Made by a program: the position numbers and the translations under genes
Assembly (NCBI GenBank): GCA_959598745.1
Contig: CAUGFN010000001.1
Span: 3,713 to 67,712, forward strand
Direction: 5' to 3'
Length of the DNA stretch: 64,000 bases
Origin: an uncultured Eubacteriales bacterium
Lineage (GTDB): Bacteria > Bacillota > Clostridia > TANB77 > UBA1234
Shown here: one piece after another, positions 41,940 through 53,102 of the stretch
How the letters are laid out: the number at the start of each line of letters is the position of its first letter
Position numbering within the stretch: position 1 is the first letter of the stretch
Notes under the pieces: model-generated
What the model was told of the DNA's origin: nothing
The model's database searches: none
What the model saw: the letters and a program-made list of their open reading frames with translations, nothing else

Positions 41940-44669
41940 ATGGGTTTTTTAAGTAAACTTTTTAAAAGTTATAGTGAGAAAGAAATTAATAAAATAAGAC
42001 ATTACGTAGATGACATAAATAAATTAGAACCAGAGATGGAGAAATTATCAGATGCAGAGCTAAGAGCAAAAACAGATGAATTCAAAAGCAGACTTGCAAA
42101 TGGGCAAACACTAAATGATATTTTAGTTGAAGCATATGCGGTTGCAAGAGAAGGCTCAAAGAGAGTATTTGGCAAAAGACCTTTTGATGTTCAATTAATG
42201 GGTGCAATAATTTTGCATCAAGGAAGAATAGCAGAAATGAAAACAGGTGAAGGAAAAACATTAACAGCTTCACTAGCATTGTATTTAAATGCGTTAGAGG
42301 GAAAAGGTGCACACTTAGTTACAGTAAATGATTACTTAGCTAGAACACAAGGAGAAGAAATGGGAAAACTATATAATTTCCTTGGTTTGAGCGTAGGACT
42401 TATATTACATGATTTATCTCCAGAAGATAGAAAAGCTGCATATGCTGCAGATATAACATATGGAACAAATAATGAATTTGGTTTCGATTATTTAAGAGAC
42501 AATATGGTTATACAAAAAAATCAAATGGTTCAAAGAGAGTTAAATTATGCGATTGTCGATGAGATAGATAGTATTTTAATTGATGAAGCTCGTACACCGC
42601 TTATTATTTCAGGACCATCAGATAAAGCTAATGAATTATATAAAACAGCGGATAAATTTGTAAAGGGCTTGAAAGCTAAAGTAATAACTAAAGACGATAA
42701 TAAAGAAGAAGAATCTGAAGAGGATATGCAATATGACTATATTGTAGATTTGAAAACAAGAAGAGCTACATTAACAAGTACTGGTACAAGGAAGGCTGAG
42801 AAATATTTCGGCGTTGAAAACTTATCAGATTTGGATAATATGACACTACTTCACCATATAAATAAAGCATTAGCTGCAAATGGTGTAATGAAGAAAGATG
42901 TAGATTACATTGTTAAAGATGGAGAAGTTTTAATAGTTGACGAGCATACAGGAAGAATAATGTATGGAAGAAGATATAGCGAAGGATTACACCAAGCTAT
43001 AGAAGCTAAAGAAAACGTAAAAGTTGCAAATGAAAATAAAACACTTGCAACAATCACTTTCCAAAATTACTTCAAGCTATACAATAAGCTTTGTGGTATG
43101 ACAGGTACAGCCCTTACAGAAGAAGAGGAATTTAGAGAAATATATGGCCTAGATGTTGTAGAAATTCCAACTAACAGACCTATGATAAGAGATGATAAAA
43201 ACGACTTAGTATATAGAACTAGAAGAGCAAAACTTCGTGAAGTTGTAAAGGATATTAGAGCTAGTAATGAAAAAGGACAACCAGTGCTAGTTGGTACTAC
43301 AAATATAGAAAAATCTGAAGAACTAAGTGATATGCTAAAAAAAGAAGGAATAAAGCATGAAGTGTTGAATGCTAAATATCACGAGAAAGAAGCTGAAATT
43401 GTTGCCCAAGCAGGTAAGTTTGGTGCTGTTACAATAGCTACAAACATGGCAGGTAGAGGTACAGATATAATGCTTGGTGGTAATACAGAAGCACTTGCAA
43501 AACATGAACTGAAAAAACGTGGATATACAGAAGATGTTATCATGAATGCCATAAGTTTAAATGAGACAGATGATGAAGATATTTTAGCAGTTAGAAAAGA
43601 GTATAAAGAAATATATGATAAGCTAGATAAAAACGTAAAAGAAGACAGAGAAAAAGTAATAAATGCAGGTGGTTTAAAAATCATAGGTACTGAAAGACAC
43701 GATTCAAGAAGAATAGATAATCAGCTTAGAGGACGTAGTGGTCGTCAAGGTGATGTTGGTGAATCAAGATTTTATATTTCACTTGAAGATGATTTGATGA
43801 AATTATTTGGTGGTGAAAGAATACAAACACTTGCAAGTGCTATGAATATGCCGGAAGATATGCCACTTGAAATGGGAATGCTTACTAGTGCAATACAAAG
43901 AGCTCAAAAGAATATTGAATCTATACATTATCAAGCTAGAAAGAATGTCCTTCAATATGACAATATAATGAATGAACAAAGACATATAATTTATGATGAG
44001 AGAAGAAAAGTATTAGAAGGTGAAAACTTAAGAGACAACATAATGAATATGTTGAAGAGAACTGTTGAGGAAGTTGTTGACTCATACTTTAATGTTTATG
44101 ATAGTTCAACAATAAATACAGAAGCTTTTGAAAATTACTTAGAAACAACATTTACAGTAGAATACAAAGTTGGAGAAGAAAGAGATCCAGAAGTAATAAA
44201 AGAGAAAGTATTAGAATTAGCTAAAGAAAAATATGAAGAAAAAGAAAAAGAACTTGGCGATAGAGTAAGAGAATTAGAAAGAATTGTAGTTTTAAGAACT
44301 GTTGATGAAAAATGGATTGATTATCTAGATGCAATGGAACAATTAAAGGAAAGCGTAAGATTACAAGGATATGCACAAAAGGATCCAGTTGTAGAATTCC
44401 AAAGAGAGAGCTATGATTACTTTAATGAAATGACATCAAGTATAGACGAAACTGTTGTGAAAACGATGTTGCATTTAGTACCAAGAGAAAAAGTAGAAAG
44501 AGTAAACCTAATTAGAAACATGGTAATGAACATGCAAGCCGCACAACAAGCTGGTGGTCCAGAAAAACCACAACCAAAAACAAATAAATCAGAAAAAGTA
44601 GGAAGAAATGACCCTTGTCCATGTGGAAGTGGAAAGAAATACAAGCAATGCTGTGGTAAAAACGCATAA
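41940..44669 (+). CDS. secA: Preprotein translocase ATPase SecA
   Basis: 909 aa; DEAD motor domains; C-terminal zinc-binding CPCGSGKKYKQCCG. Confidence 0.96.
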   Translation: MGFLSKLFKSYSEKEINKIRHYVDDINKLEPEMEKLSDAELRAKTDEFKSRLANGQTLNDILVEAYAVAREGSKRVFGKRPFDVQLMGAIILHQGRIAEMKTGEGKTLTASLALYLNALEGKGAHLVTVNDYLARTQGEEMGKLYNFLGLSVGLILHDLSPEDRKAAYAADITYGTNNEFGFDYLRDNMVIQKNQMVQRELNYAIVDEIDSILIDEARTPLIISGPSDKANELYKTADKFVKGLKAKVITKDDNKEEESEEDMQYDYIVDLKTRRATLTSTGTRKAEKYFGVENLSDLDNMTLLHHINKALAANGVMKKDVDYIVKDGEVLIVDEHTGRIMYGRRYSEGLHQAIEAKENVKVANENKTLATITFQNYFKLYNKLCGMTGTALTEEEEFREIYGLDVVEIPTNRPMIRDDKNDLVYRTRRAKLREVVKDIRASNEKGQPVLVGTTNIEKSEELSDMLKKEGIKHEVLNAKYHEKEAEIVAQAGKFGAVTIATNMAGRGTDIMLGGNTEALAKHELKKRGYTEDVIMNAISLNETDDEDILAVRKEYKEIYDKLDKNVKEDREKVINAGGLKIIGTERHDSRRIDNQLRGRSGRQGDVGESRFYISLEDDLMKLFGGERIQTLASAMNMPEDMPLEMGMLTSAIQRAQKNIESIHYQARKNVLQYDNIMNEQRHIIYDERRKVLEGENLRDNIMNMLKRTVEEVVDSYFNVYDSSTINTEAFENYLETTFTVEYKVGEERDPEVIKEKVLELAKEKYEEKEKELGDRVRELERIVVLRTVDEKWIDYLDAMEQLKESVRLQGYAQKDPVVEFQRESYDYFNEMTSSIDETVVKTMLHLVPREKVERVNLIRNMVMNMQAAQQAGGPEKPQPKTNKSEKVGRNDPCPCGSGKKYKQCCGKNA

Positions 44670-44895
44670 TAGAGCCATTTGTTAAAATTAAATAATCAAA
44701 AATTAGTAGTAAAATTGATATTTGTCCACCCAAAATCAATCGATGTGGTTGTTACTAGATAAATAAAAATGTGGACAAAATCAATTGAAATTAAAGGATG
44801 TCAGCGAAATAAAATTTGTTGACATCCTTTTTAACAAACATATAGGAAGTTAATACTTATAATATAAAATATATTTAAATTTAGGAGAAACAGGC

Positions 44896-45921
44896 ATGGA
44901 TAATAAATTGATTGGAAATGAGAAAAATATTTTATTTTATAGCGATGAAGAAGGGAATACAAAGGTAGAAGTATTATTAGAAAACGAAGATGTATGGCTA
45001 AATACGGATGCATTAGCATCACTTTTTAATATTGATAGAAGTGGAATTGTAAGACATATTAACAATATTTATAAAGATGAAGAATTAAACGAAAATGTAA
45101 CTTGTGCAAAAATTGCACAAGTTCAAATAGAAGGAACTCGTGAAGTTAAAAGAATTTATCCATACTACAATTTGGATATGATTATTTCAATAGGTTTTAG
45201 GGTTAACTCTAAGAAAGCGATTAAATTTAGAACTTGGGCAAATAAAATAATTAAAGATTATATGGTTCAAGGTTTCGCCTTGAATGACGAAAGATTTTTA
45301 AAAGCCCAGAAATTTGATCAAGAGTATTTTAAAAGATTACTTGAAAGAATTAAATTAATTCGTACAAGTGAGAGAATGTTTTATCAAAAAATTACTGATA
45401 TATTTGCTGAATGTTCTGTTGATTATGATAAAAATAGTGATACTGCAATAACTTTTTATAAAACTATTCAAAACAAATTTCATTATGCAATTACAGGAAA
45501 AACTGCTGCTGAAATAGTTTATAGCAGAGTAGATTCTAAAAAAGAACATATGGGCCTTACTGCCTGGGAAAACTCACCTAATGGAAAAATTTTAAAATCT
45601 GATGTAATTATTGCTAAGAATTATTTAAATGAAAAAGAAATTAAAAATTTGAATAATTTAGTAAACTTATTTTTGGATATTGCCGAAAATAATGCAGAAA
45701 GAAATATAACTATGTATATGGAGGATTGGAAAAATGAAGTAGAAAATGCTTTGAAAGTTTTTCATTATGAAGTTATAGAAGGAAAAGGAAAGATTTCACA
45801 TAAACAAGCAGTCGAAAAAGCGGAAAATGAATATGAAAAATATAAAGTTATACAGGATAAAAATTATGTATCAGATTTTGATAGACTGTTAAGCGAAACA
45901 AAGCAAATTGAAAATAAATAA
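44896..45921 (+). CDS. RhuM-family (virulence-associated) protein
   Basis: Recalled family signature across the length of the 341-aa product. Inserted between secA and prfB. Confidence 0.7.
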   Translation: MDNKLIGNEKNILFYSDEEGNTKVEVLLENEDVWLNTDALASLFNIDRSGIVRHINNIYKDEELNENVTCAKIAQVQIEGTREVKRIYPYYNLDMIISIGFRVNSKKAIKFRTWANKIIKDYMVQGFALNDERFLKAQKFDQEYFKRLLERIKLIRTSERMFYQKITDIFAECSVDYDKNSDTAITFYKTIQNKFHYAITGKTAAEIVYSRVDSKKEHMGLTAWENSPNGKILKSDVIIAKNYLNEKEIKNLNNLVNLFLDIAENNAERNITMYMEDWKNEVENALKVFHYEVIEGKGKISHKQAVEKAENEYEKYKVIQDKNYVSDFDRLLSETKQIENK

Positions 45922-46039
45922 ATTGTACATGTATAAAAATCGAAAAAATATTGACTTTTTATGTCGACATGATATAATATCCAACGTAAACGATAAGTTT
46001 ATAAAATATAAAAAAACTTTTTTATAGGAGGACTTCACA

Positions 46040-46399
46040 ATGATTGAAGTTACTTTTTTACGTTTGGACTGGCTTAAAGGCAGACACCTTTGGAAGAATG
46101 AAATCGATAACGTTGCTATTCCAGAAAACGCAGTTGAGACAAAAGACGGAAATGGATACTCTTTACCAGCAGAATTGAATTTAACTGTTAAGGAAACAAA
46201 TGGTTCTGCTGTGTACACATGGGACATATATGAGTTCGTAAAAGAGGTAAATGGCTGGGAACGGTTATCAACACCACGGTTTACTGCTTTACAAGAGGCT
46301 TTCAGACGGCAAAGAACCTTAAAGTTAGATGAGGATATTCCAACTTGGTCTTATTATTCACTGGTAGGGCTAAAAGAAATAGTCGAGAGTTGCAAGTAG
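46040..46399 (+). CDS. GC-richer ORFan (119 aa)
   Basis: Own promoter TTGACT-16-TGaTATAAT (about 45953-45983), GGAGGA RBS, hairpin terminator at 46405-46450. No family recognised. Confidence 0.4.
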   Translation: MIEVTFLRLDWLKGRHLWKNEIDNVAIPENAVETKDGNGYSLPAELNLTVKETNGSAVYTWDIYEFVKEVNGWERLSTPRFTALQEAFRRQRTLKLDEDIPTWSYYSLVGLKEIVESCK

Positions 46400-46544
46400 T
46401 CAAACCCTAATATAAAAAGCATGATATAGAGAGATTTCTCTACATCATGCTTTTTATGTTTTGATAGATGAATAATATATGAGATTGCAACATTTGGTAA
46501 TTTGTAATATAATAAATAAACAATATTTAGAAGGATGTGATTTA

Positions 46545-47649
46545 ATGCTAGAGTTAGAAGAAGCAAATCTAACACTTAAAGAATATGAGAAAAAGCTAAA
46601 TGAATTAAGGGATTCTCTTTGACATCGATGGCAAGAAAAATAAAATCGTCGAACTAGAAGAAAAAACAAAAGACAACGATTTTTGGCAAGATACGGAAAA
46701 ATCAACTAAGGTATTACAAGAAATAAAAACATTAAAAAACAGCGTAACGAAATTTGAAGATATATATAATATGCTTTCTGATACAATGGTTCTTATCGAA
46801 CTTGGCAATGAAGCAAATGACGAGAGTGTTGTTCCAGAAGTAAAAGGCAATGTGAAGAAATTATCTAAAAAAATAGATAATCTAGAAGTTGAAAGTTTAC
46901 TTTCTGGTAAACATGATAAGGATAATGCAATAATTACAATTCATCCAGGTGCAGGAGGAACTGAATCACAAGATTGGGCAGAAATGCTTTATAGAATGTA
47001 TTCTATGTGGGCTGAAAAAAACGATTACAAGTTAGAAGAACTTGATTATTTAGAAGGTGATGGTGCAGGTTTAAAAAGTGTTACTTTTAGTGTTTCAGGT
47101 GAAAATAGCTATGGTTATTTAAAAGGCGAAAGTGGCGTACATAGATTAGTAAGAATTTCTCCTTTTGATTCTGCAGGTAGAAGACATACATCTTTTGCAT
47201 CAGTCGAGGTAATACCTGAGATTTCAGATGATGTAGAAGTTATAATAAATCCTGAGGATTTAAGAGTAGATACTTATCGTTCAAGTGGGGCTGGTGGACA
47301 GCACGTAAATAAAACAGAATCTGCAATAAGAATAACTCATATACCAACAAATATAGTTGTTTCTTGTCAGACTCAACGTTCACAAATACAAAACAGAGAA
47401 ACAGCAATGAAGATGTTAAAATCTAAACTTTTAGAATTAAAAGAGAGAGAAAATAAAGAAAAGATAGAAGATTTAAAGGGTGTTCAAAGAGAAATTGCTT
47501 GGGGAAGCCAAATTCGTTCATACGTATTTTGCCCATATACAATGGTAAAAGATCATAGAACAAATTATGAAACAGGAAATGTAGAAGCTGTTATGAATGG
47601 TGAAATAAATGAATTTATAAATGCTTATTTGAAATCTCTAATAAAGTAA
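46545..47649 (+). CDS. prfB: Peptide chain release factor 2 with programmed +1 ribosomal frameshift
   Basis: ORF0 MLELEEANLTLKEYEKKLNELRDSL ends at the classic CTT TGA C slippery site (46617-46623), preceded by an SD-like AGGGA. The downstream frame continues as RF2 with GGQHVNKTESAIRITHIPT. Confidence 0.9.
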
Positions 47650-47861
47650 AATGTTTTTTATATTTGTGATAATGATAAGCATAAACTTTTTGCAAAGAAA
47701 CAATACATGAAACTAAAAATAATAATTATAAAAATGTTTTAATCAAAAGTAAACACTTCTTGCTATAAATTTTAGCAAGGGGTGTTTATATTTTTATGTA
47801 ACATGGAATAAAAATAGAAGACACATACCAAACTAACAATCGGTACGTGCCTTCTACATAA

Positions 47862-47933
47862 CTACTTCCATACTGCCTCCTCTATGATTATTAATACACC
47901 AATCAAGTATACAACCACGGCATCTAAAACCAT
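47862..47933 (-). CDS. Speculative 23-aa hydrophobic peptide ORF (MVLDAVVVYLIGVLIIIEEAVWK) in the polC upstream region
   Basis: Minus-strand ATG preceded by AGGAG about 12 nt upstream (GTG 3 nt further upstream gives 8-nt spacing). Lies in a GC-rich patch of an otherwise ORF-free 750-nt intergenic region. Resembles type-I toxin-like small membrane peptides, but is very short. Confidence 0.2.
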   Translation of the reverse strand: MVLDAVVVYLIGVLIIIEEAVWK

Positions 47934-48401
47934 CACCGGAATTTTCTCCTAGGTAAGATTACCAATAAATCGATATCTGTGAGGATACGCTCATCAGTAT
48001 CAGGTAAGATATACCTTATGTATGTATTTCTATTATTGTAGCATACTTAACATAAAAAATCAACTAATTTTTAACACTATTCAAATTTATATATGTTCGA
48101 GTAAAAAGAATTTCATTTTTTAAGGCGAGTTCTTCGCTTAGCAATATGTGATGTTCTTAGCATAAAGCTTTTTCTTTTGAAGTCTTATGTCTTGCTCATG
48201 CTAAAGAACATCCATAGTGCTTGGCGAAGCTGTTTGAGATCTAAAAAATGAAAACTTTTTGCGAAGATAAAATATATAAATTTGAATAGCATCAATACTA
48301 AATATTGCCCTAAAAATATTTGTCGTTTTTTCAAATTTTTACCTTTGTATATTCTGATTATTGTGGTAATATTTATATGGACTATTTTTTGGAGGACTTA
48401 A

Positions 48402-51400
48402 ATGATGGATAATAATGAAGTTAATTGGGGAGAAGTAATTGATTTCTTCTCTAAAAAATATATATCACTTAGAGCAATGCTTATGGGTAGTGAAATTAGT
48501 GTCGAAAACGATAATATAAATGTTATGCTTAAATCGAAAGGTAAATTTATGTTGGAGCAAAAAAATGCTAACAAAACTATTAGTGAATTTTTGCATAATA
48601 CAACAGGCAAAACATATAGCGTTGCTTTTCTTGAACCTGATAAAATTGAGCAATGTGAAAACAAAGAAGAAACTATTATAAAAAATATTTTGGCAGAGAA
48701 TGCAAAACTTGCTGAAGAACATGCAAAGAATCCACCTAAAGAGGCAAAGCAAGATATACCAAATATGAAGATGGGTTTTGCACCTAAGCAAAATTCGGAT
48801 AATGCAAAGCCAAATTTCGTGCCACAACAAAATTGGAACAATAATCAAAATGCAGAAAATCAGGGAGAAAAGAGAGCTCCTAGAAAGCGTTCAATGGCAT
48901 ATATAGAAAATGAGGAAAATCTTATTTACAAAGGCTATAGAGACACAAAAGATCCAAAGGATGTTAAGATAATAAATCTATCGCCAGAGCAACCGGGGGT
49001 AATTATAAAAGGTAAGATTAGTAATTATGATAGCAGAGAAACGAAAAATGGTGGTTTCTTAATATCTTTTGATATCTATGATGGTACTAGTTCTATAAAT
49101 GTCAAAGCCTTTTTGAAAGCTAATGAATTTTCTGAGGTTAATCCTAAAATGAAATCTGTTAAAGCTGTTAGACTTGTTGGAACATATGAGTATAATACTT
49201 TTTCAAAAGAGTTTGGCGTTATAGCAGATTCGCTTGAAGAGACAACGATTGAAGAGCACATTAGAATGGATAATTCAGAAGAGAAACGTGTTGAGCTTCA
49301 TATGCATACGCAAATGAGCACAATGGACGGAATGACTTCTGCAACTGACCTTATTAAAAGGGCGATTAAATGGGGACATAAGGCAATTGCAGTTACGGAC
49401 CATGGTGTTGTGCAAGCATTTCCAGAGGCTAAAAAAGCTGCAAAAGATTCAGATATTAAAATCATTTATGGCGTTGAGGCATACTTAGTACCTGATAGGA
49501 TTACTTCGGTAAACAACGGTAAAAATCAAAATATAGATGACATTGTTTATTCTGTACTAGATATTGAAACAACAGGACTTTCAAAGCAAACAGAGAAAAT
49601 AACAGAGTTTGGTATCATGAAGGTAAAGAATGGTGAAGTTATTGATACTTTTGAATGTTTTGTAAATCCTGAAAAGCCAATACCACCAAGAGTTGTAGAG
49701 GTAACTAATATCACAGATGACATGGTAAAAGATGCCGAAACAATTGATAAAGTTTTGCCGAGAGTATTAGAGTTTGTTGGCGATTCTGTAATTGTTGCGC
49801 ATAATGCTGATTTTGATGTTGGATTTATAAAGTATAATGCAGAAAAATTGGGATTAGAGTTTGACAATACATATATTGATACACTTGCACTTGCAAAAGA
49901 ATTGTTTCCCAATTTTAAAAAGTATAAATTGGGAATTATAGCTGAGAATTTAAATATAGAAGTTGATGTTGCACATAGAGCGCTAGCTGATGTTGATACA
50001 CTTGTAAAAGTTTTTAATGTGATGCTTAAAATGCTTGCTGAAAAAGAAATACATACATTAAACGAAGTCGATGATAAATTATCAGAAGGCATAAATTTTA
50101 AAACTTTGCCATCCTATCATGCGATAATACTTGCAACCAATAAAGCTGGTCTTAAAAATTTGTATAAGTTAATATCAATATCTCATTTAGACTATTTTTA
50201 TAAAAAGCCTAAAATACTAAAAAGCATATACAAGCAATATTCAGAAGGCTTAATAATTGGTAGTGCGTGCGAGCAAGGAGAACTATATAGAGCAATTGTT
50301 GAAGATAAACCTGAAGAAGAAATTGAATCAATTGCAGATTTTTATGATTATCTAGAAATTCAGCCTTTAGGTAATAATATGTTTATGGTTAGAAATGGCA
50401 CTGTTACAGGTGTTGATGTTTTAAAAGATTTTAATAAGAGAATTGTAGATTTAGCGGATAAACAAGGAAAGCCATGTGTTGCAACATGTGATGTGCATTT
50501 TATGGATCCCGAAGATGAAATATATAGAAGAATTTTGCAAGCTGGACAAGGTTACGAAGATGCAGATGAGCAACCACCTTTGTATTTGAGAACAACAGAA
50601 GAAATGCTAAAGGAATTTGATTATTTAGGTGAAGAAAAAGCCTATGAAGTTGTTGTTACAAATACAAATAAAGTTGCAGATATGTGCGAAAAAATTAGTC
50701 CAATAGCCGACTACAAAGCTACTCCTCACATTGATGGATGTGAAGACATGATTAGAAATATAACAATGAAAAGAGCAGTAGAATTGTATGGAGATCCACT
50801 TCCAGAGATAGTAAAAGCAAGAATAGATAAAGAACTTGAATCTATTATAAAAAATGGTTTTTCCGTTATGTATATTATTGCGCAGAAGCTAGTTGCTAAA
50901 TCAAATGAAGATGGATACTTGGTTGGTTCAAGAGGTAGTGTTGGTTCATCATTTGTTGCTAACATGACAGGAATAACAGAAGTTAATTCACTTCCGCCAC
51001 ATTATAGATGTCCAAAGTGTAAGTATTCAGATTTCACTGACTATGGAATAAAAAATGGATTCGATTTACCAGATAAAATTTGTCCAAATTGTGGCGAAAA
51101 ATTAGCTAAAGATGGTATGGATATCCCGTTTGAAACATTCTTGGGATTTGATGGAGATAAAGAGCCTGATATAGACCTTAACTTCTCTGGTGAATATCAA
51201 GCGAAAGCACATAGGTACACAGAGGTTATATTCGGTAAAGGAACAACATTTAAAGCAGGAACAATAGGCACAATAGCGGATAAAACAGCATTTGGATACG
51301 TTAAAAAATATTATGAAGAGAGACATATACCAGTTAATAATGCAGAAATAACAAGACTAGCATTAGGTTGTACAGGTGTTAAGAGAACAACAGGACAGCA

Positions 51401-52595
51401 CCCAGGTGGAATTATAGTAGTTCCAATGGGTAACGAAATTTATGAGTTCTGTCCAGTGCAGCACCCAGCAGATGACCCTGATACAGATATAAAAACAACA
51501 CACTTCGATTATCACTCAATAGACCAGAATCTATTGAAACTTGATATACTAGGCCATGATGACCCTACAATGATAAGAATGCTTCAAGATATAACAGGTG
51601 TGGACCCACAAAAAATACCACTAGATGATAAAGAGACAATGTCAATATTCTGCTCGACAGAAGCACTTGGCGTAACACCAGAGCAAATTCATTCAGAAGT
51701 TGGAACATATGGTGTGCCAGAGTTTGGTACAAAATTTGTTCGAGGAATGTTAGTAGATACAAAGCCAACACTTTTCGAAGAATTGCTTAGAATATCAGGA
51801 CTTTCTCATGGTACAGACGTGTGGCTAAACAATGCTCAAACACTAATTGAAGATGGAACAATAAAATTGGAAGACGCAATATGTACAAGAGATGATATAA
51901 TGCTTTACTTAATAAAACAAGGGTTGCCACCAAAACCTTCATTTAAGATAATGGAATCAGTTCGTAAAGGAAAAGGGTTATCGGAAGAGCAAGAAACACT
52001 TATGAAAGAAAATAATGTTCCTGATTGGTACATAGCATCTTGCAAAAAGATTAAATACATGTTCCCTAAAGCCCATGCTGCGGCTTATGTAACGATGGCT
52101 TTTAGAATTGCATGGTTTAAAGTGCATATTCCACTTGCTTACTATGCTGCATTCTATTCAATAAGAGCCGATGAATTTGATAGTGATTGCATGATATATG
52201 GAAAAGAAAAAGTTATAAACAAGATGCGTGAAATAGATATACAAGGTAATGCGGCATCAACAAAAGACAAAAATATGTATTCAATACTGGAACTAGTTTT
52301 AGAAATGTATGAAAGAGGATTTAGTTTCTTGCCAATAGACTTGTATGAATCAGATGCAAAGAAATTTAAAATAGAGGGCAATCAAATAAGACCACCACTA
52401 AATAGTATAGGAGGCCTTGGAACTGTTGCGGCAGAGAATATCCAAAGGGCAAGAGAAGTCGATGGAAAATTTACATCGGTAGAAGAATTAAAAATAAGAT
52501 GTGGAATAGGCAAGTCAACAGTAGAGCTACTAGAAAAAGCAGGCTGTTTAAAAGGCATGATGCAAAGCAACCAAATGAGCTTATTTACAATGTAA
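48402..52595 (+). CDS. polC: DNA polymerase III PolC-type
   Basis: 1397 aa with OB domain, PHP domain, DEDD exonuclease (YSVLDIETTGLS), polymerase core and C-terminal HhH. Confidence 0.96.
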   Translation: MMDNNEVNWGEVIDFFSKKYISLRAMLMGSEISVENDNINVMLKSKGKFMLEQKNANKTISEFLHNTTGKTYSVAFLEPDKIEQCENKEETIIKNILAENAKLAEEHAKNPPKEAKQDIPNMKMGFAPKQNSDNAKPNFVPQQNWNNNQNAENQGEKRAPRKRSMAYIENEENLIYKGYRDTKDPKDVKIINLSPEQPGVIIKGKISNYDSRETKNGGFLISFDIYDGTSSINVKAFLKANEFSEVNPKMKSVKAVRLVGTYEYNTFSKEFGVIADSLEETTIEEHIRMDNSEEKRVELHMHTQMSTMDGMTSATDLIKRAIKWGHKAIAVTDHGVVQAFPEAKKAAKDSDIKIIYGVEAYLVPDRITSVNNGKNQNIDDIVYSVLDIETTGLSKQTEKITEFGIMKVKNGEVIDTFECFVNPEKPIPPRVVEVTNITDDMVKDAETIDKVLPRVLEFVGDSVIVAHNADFDVGFIKYNAEKLGLEFDNTYIDTLALAKELFPNFKKYKLGIIAENLNIEVDVAHRALADVDTLVKVFNVMLKMLAEKEIHTLNEVDDKLSEGINFKTLPSYHAIILATNKAGLKNLYKLISISHLDYFYKKPKILKSIYKQYSEGLIIGSACEQGELYRAIVEDKPEEEIESIADFYDYLEIQPLGNNMFMVRNGTVTGVDVLKDFNKRIVDLADKQGKPCVATCDVHFMDPEDEIYRRILQAGQGYEDADEQPPLYLRTTEEMLKEFDYLGEEKAYEVVVTNTNKVADMCEKISPIADYKATPHIDGCEDMIRNITMKRAVELYGDPLPEIVKARIDKELESIIKNGFSVMYIIAQKLVAKSNEDGYLVGSRGSVGSSFVANMTGITEVNSLPPHYRCPKCKYSDFTDYGIKNGFDLPDKICPNCGEKLAKDGMDIPFETFLGFDGDKEPDIDLNFSGEYQAKAHRYTEVIFGKGTTFKAGTIGTIADKTAFGYVKKYYEERHIPVNNAEITRLALGCTGVKRTTGQHPGGIIVVPMGNEIYEFCPVQHPADDPDTDIKTTHFDYHSIDQNLLKLDILGHDDPTMIRMLQDITGVDPQKIPLDDKETMSIFCSTEALGVTPEQIHSEVGTYGVPEFGTKFVRGMLVDTKPTLFEELLRISGLSHGTDVWLNNAQTLIEDGTIKLEDAICTRDDIMLYLIKQGLPPKPSFKIMESVRKGKGLSEEQETLMKENNVPDWYIASCKKIKYMFPKAHAAAYVTMAFRIAWFKVHIPLAYYAAFYSIRADEFDSDCMIYGKEKVINKMREIDIQGNAASTKDKNMYSILELVLEMYERGFSFLPIDLYESDAKKFKIEGNQIRPPLNSIGGLGTVAAENIQRAREVDGKFTSVEELKIRCGIGKSTVELLEKAGCLKGMMQSNQMSLFTM

Positions 52596-52691
52596 GAGGG
52601 CAATTGCAGTAAAAAAGCTATTGCAAATTGCATATTTATGGTATAATAGAAATATCATCAGGATTATTTTTGAAAGGTGGTGTAGTATAAA

Positions 52692-53069
52692 TTGGCGGAT
52701 AACGAAGTAGTAGATGGAATTTTAGACAAGGCTTTATCACCAATATTAGCAGTACTAAAATGGATAATAAGTATTATTTTTTCTAGTAGAATTACTATAG
52801 TATTAGTATTTTTAATAGCTATAAATGTAATAGCAATCATTCTTATGAAAAAGGACAAAGAGTATGCACAAAATGGTGAGAGAAGGATTAGGGAGATAAC
52901 GCTACTACTTGTCGCTCTAGTAGGAGGTTCTTTAGGAATGTATTACGCAATGTTTAAGTATAAGCATAAGACATTGCATAATAAATTCAGATATGGTGTT
53001 CCAATAATTATGGTTATGCAGTTTGCATATGTCGCCTTTTTGGTAGCGAATGGAATACTTTATAACTAA
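52692..53069 (+). CDS. DUF1294 family membrane protein
   Basis: RIREITLLLVALVGGSLGMYYAMFKYKHKTLHNKF resembles the DUF1294 core. Start uncertain. Confidence 0.55.
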   Translation: MADNEVVDGILDKALSPILAVLKWIISIIFSSRITIVLVFLIAINVIAIILMKKDKEYAQNGERRIREITLLLVALVGGSLGMYYAMFKYKHKTLHNKFRYGVPIIMVMQFAYVAFLVANGILYN

Positions 53070-53102
53070 AGTGTTTGTTAAAGAGATTGAGGAGGAATTA
53101 TT

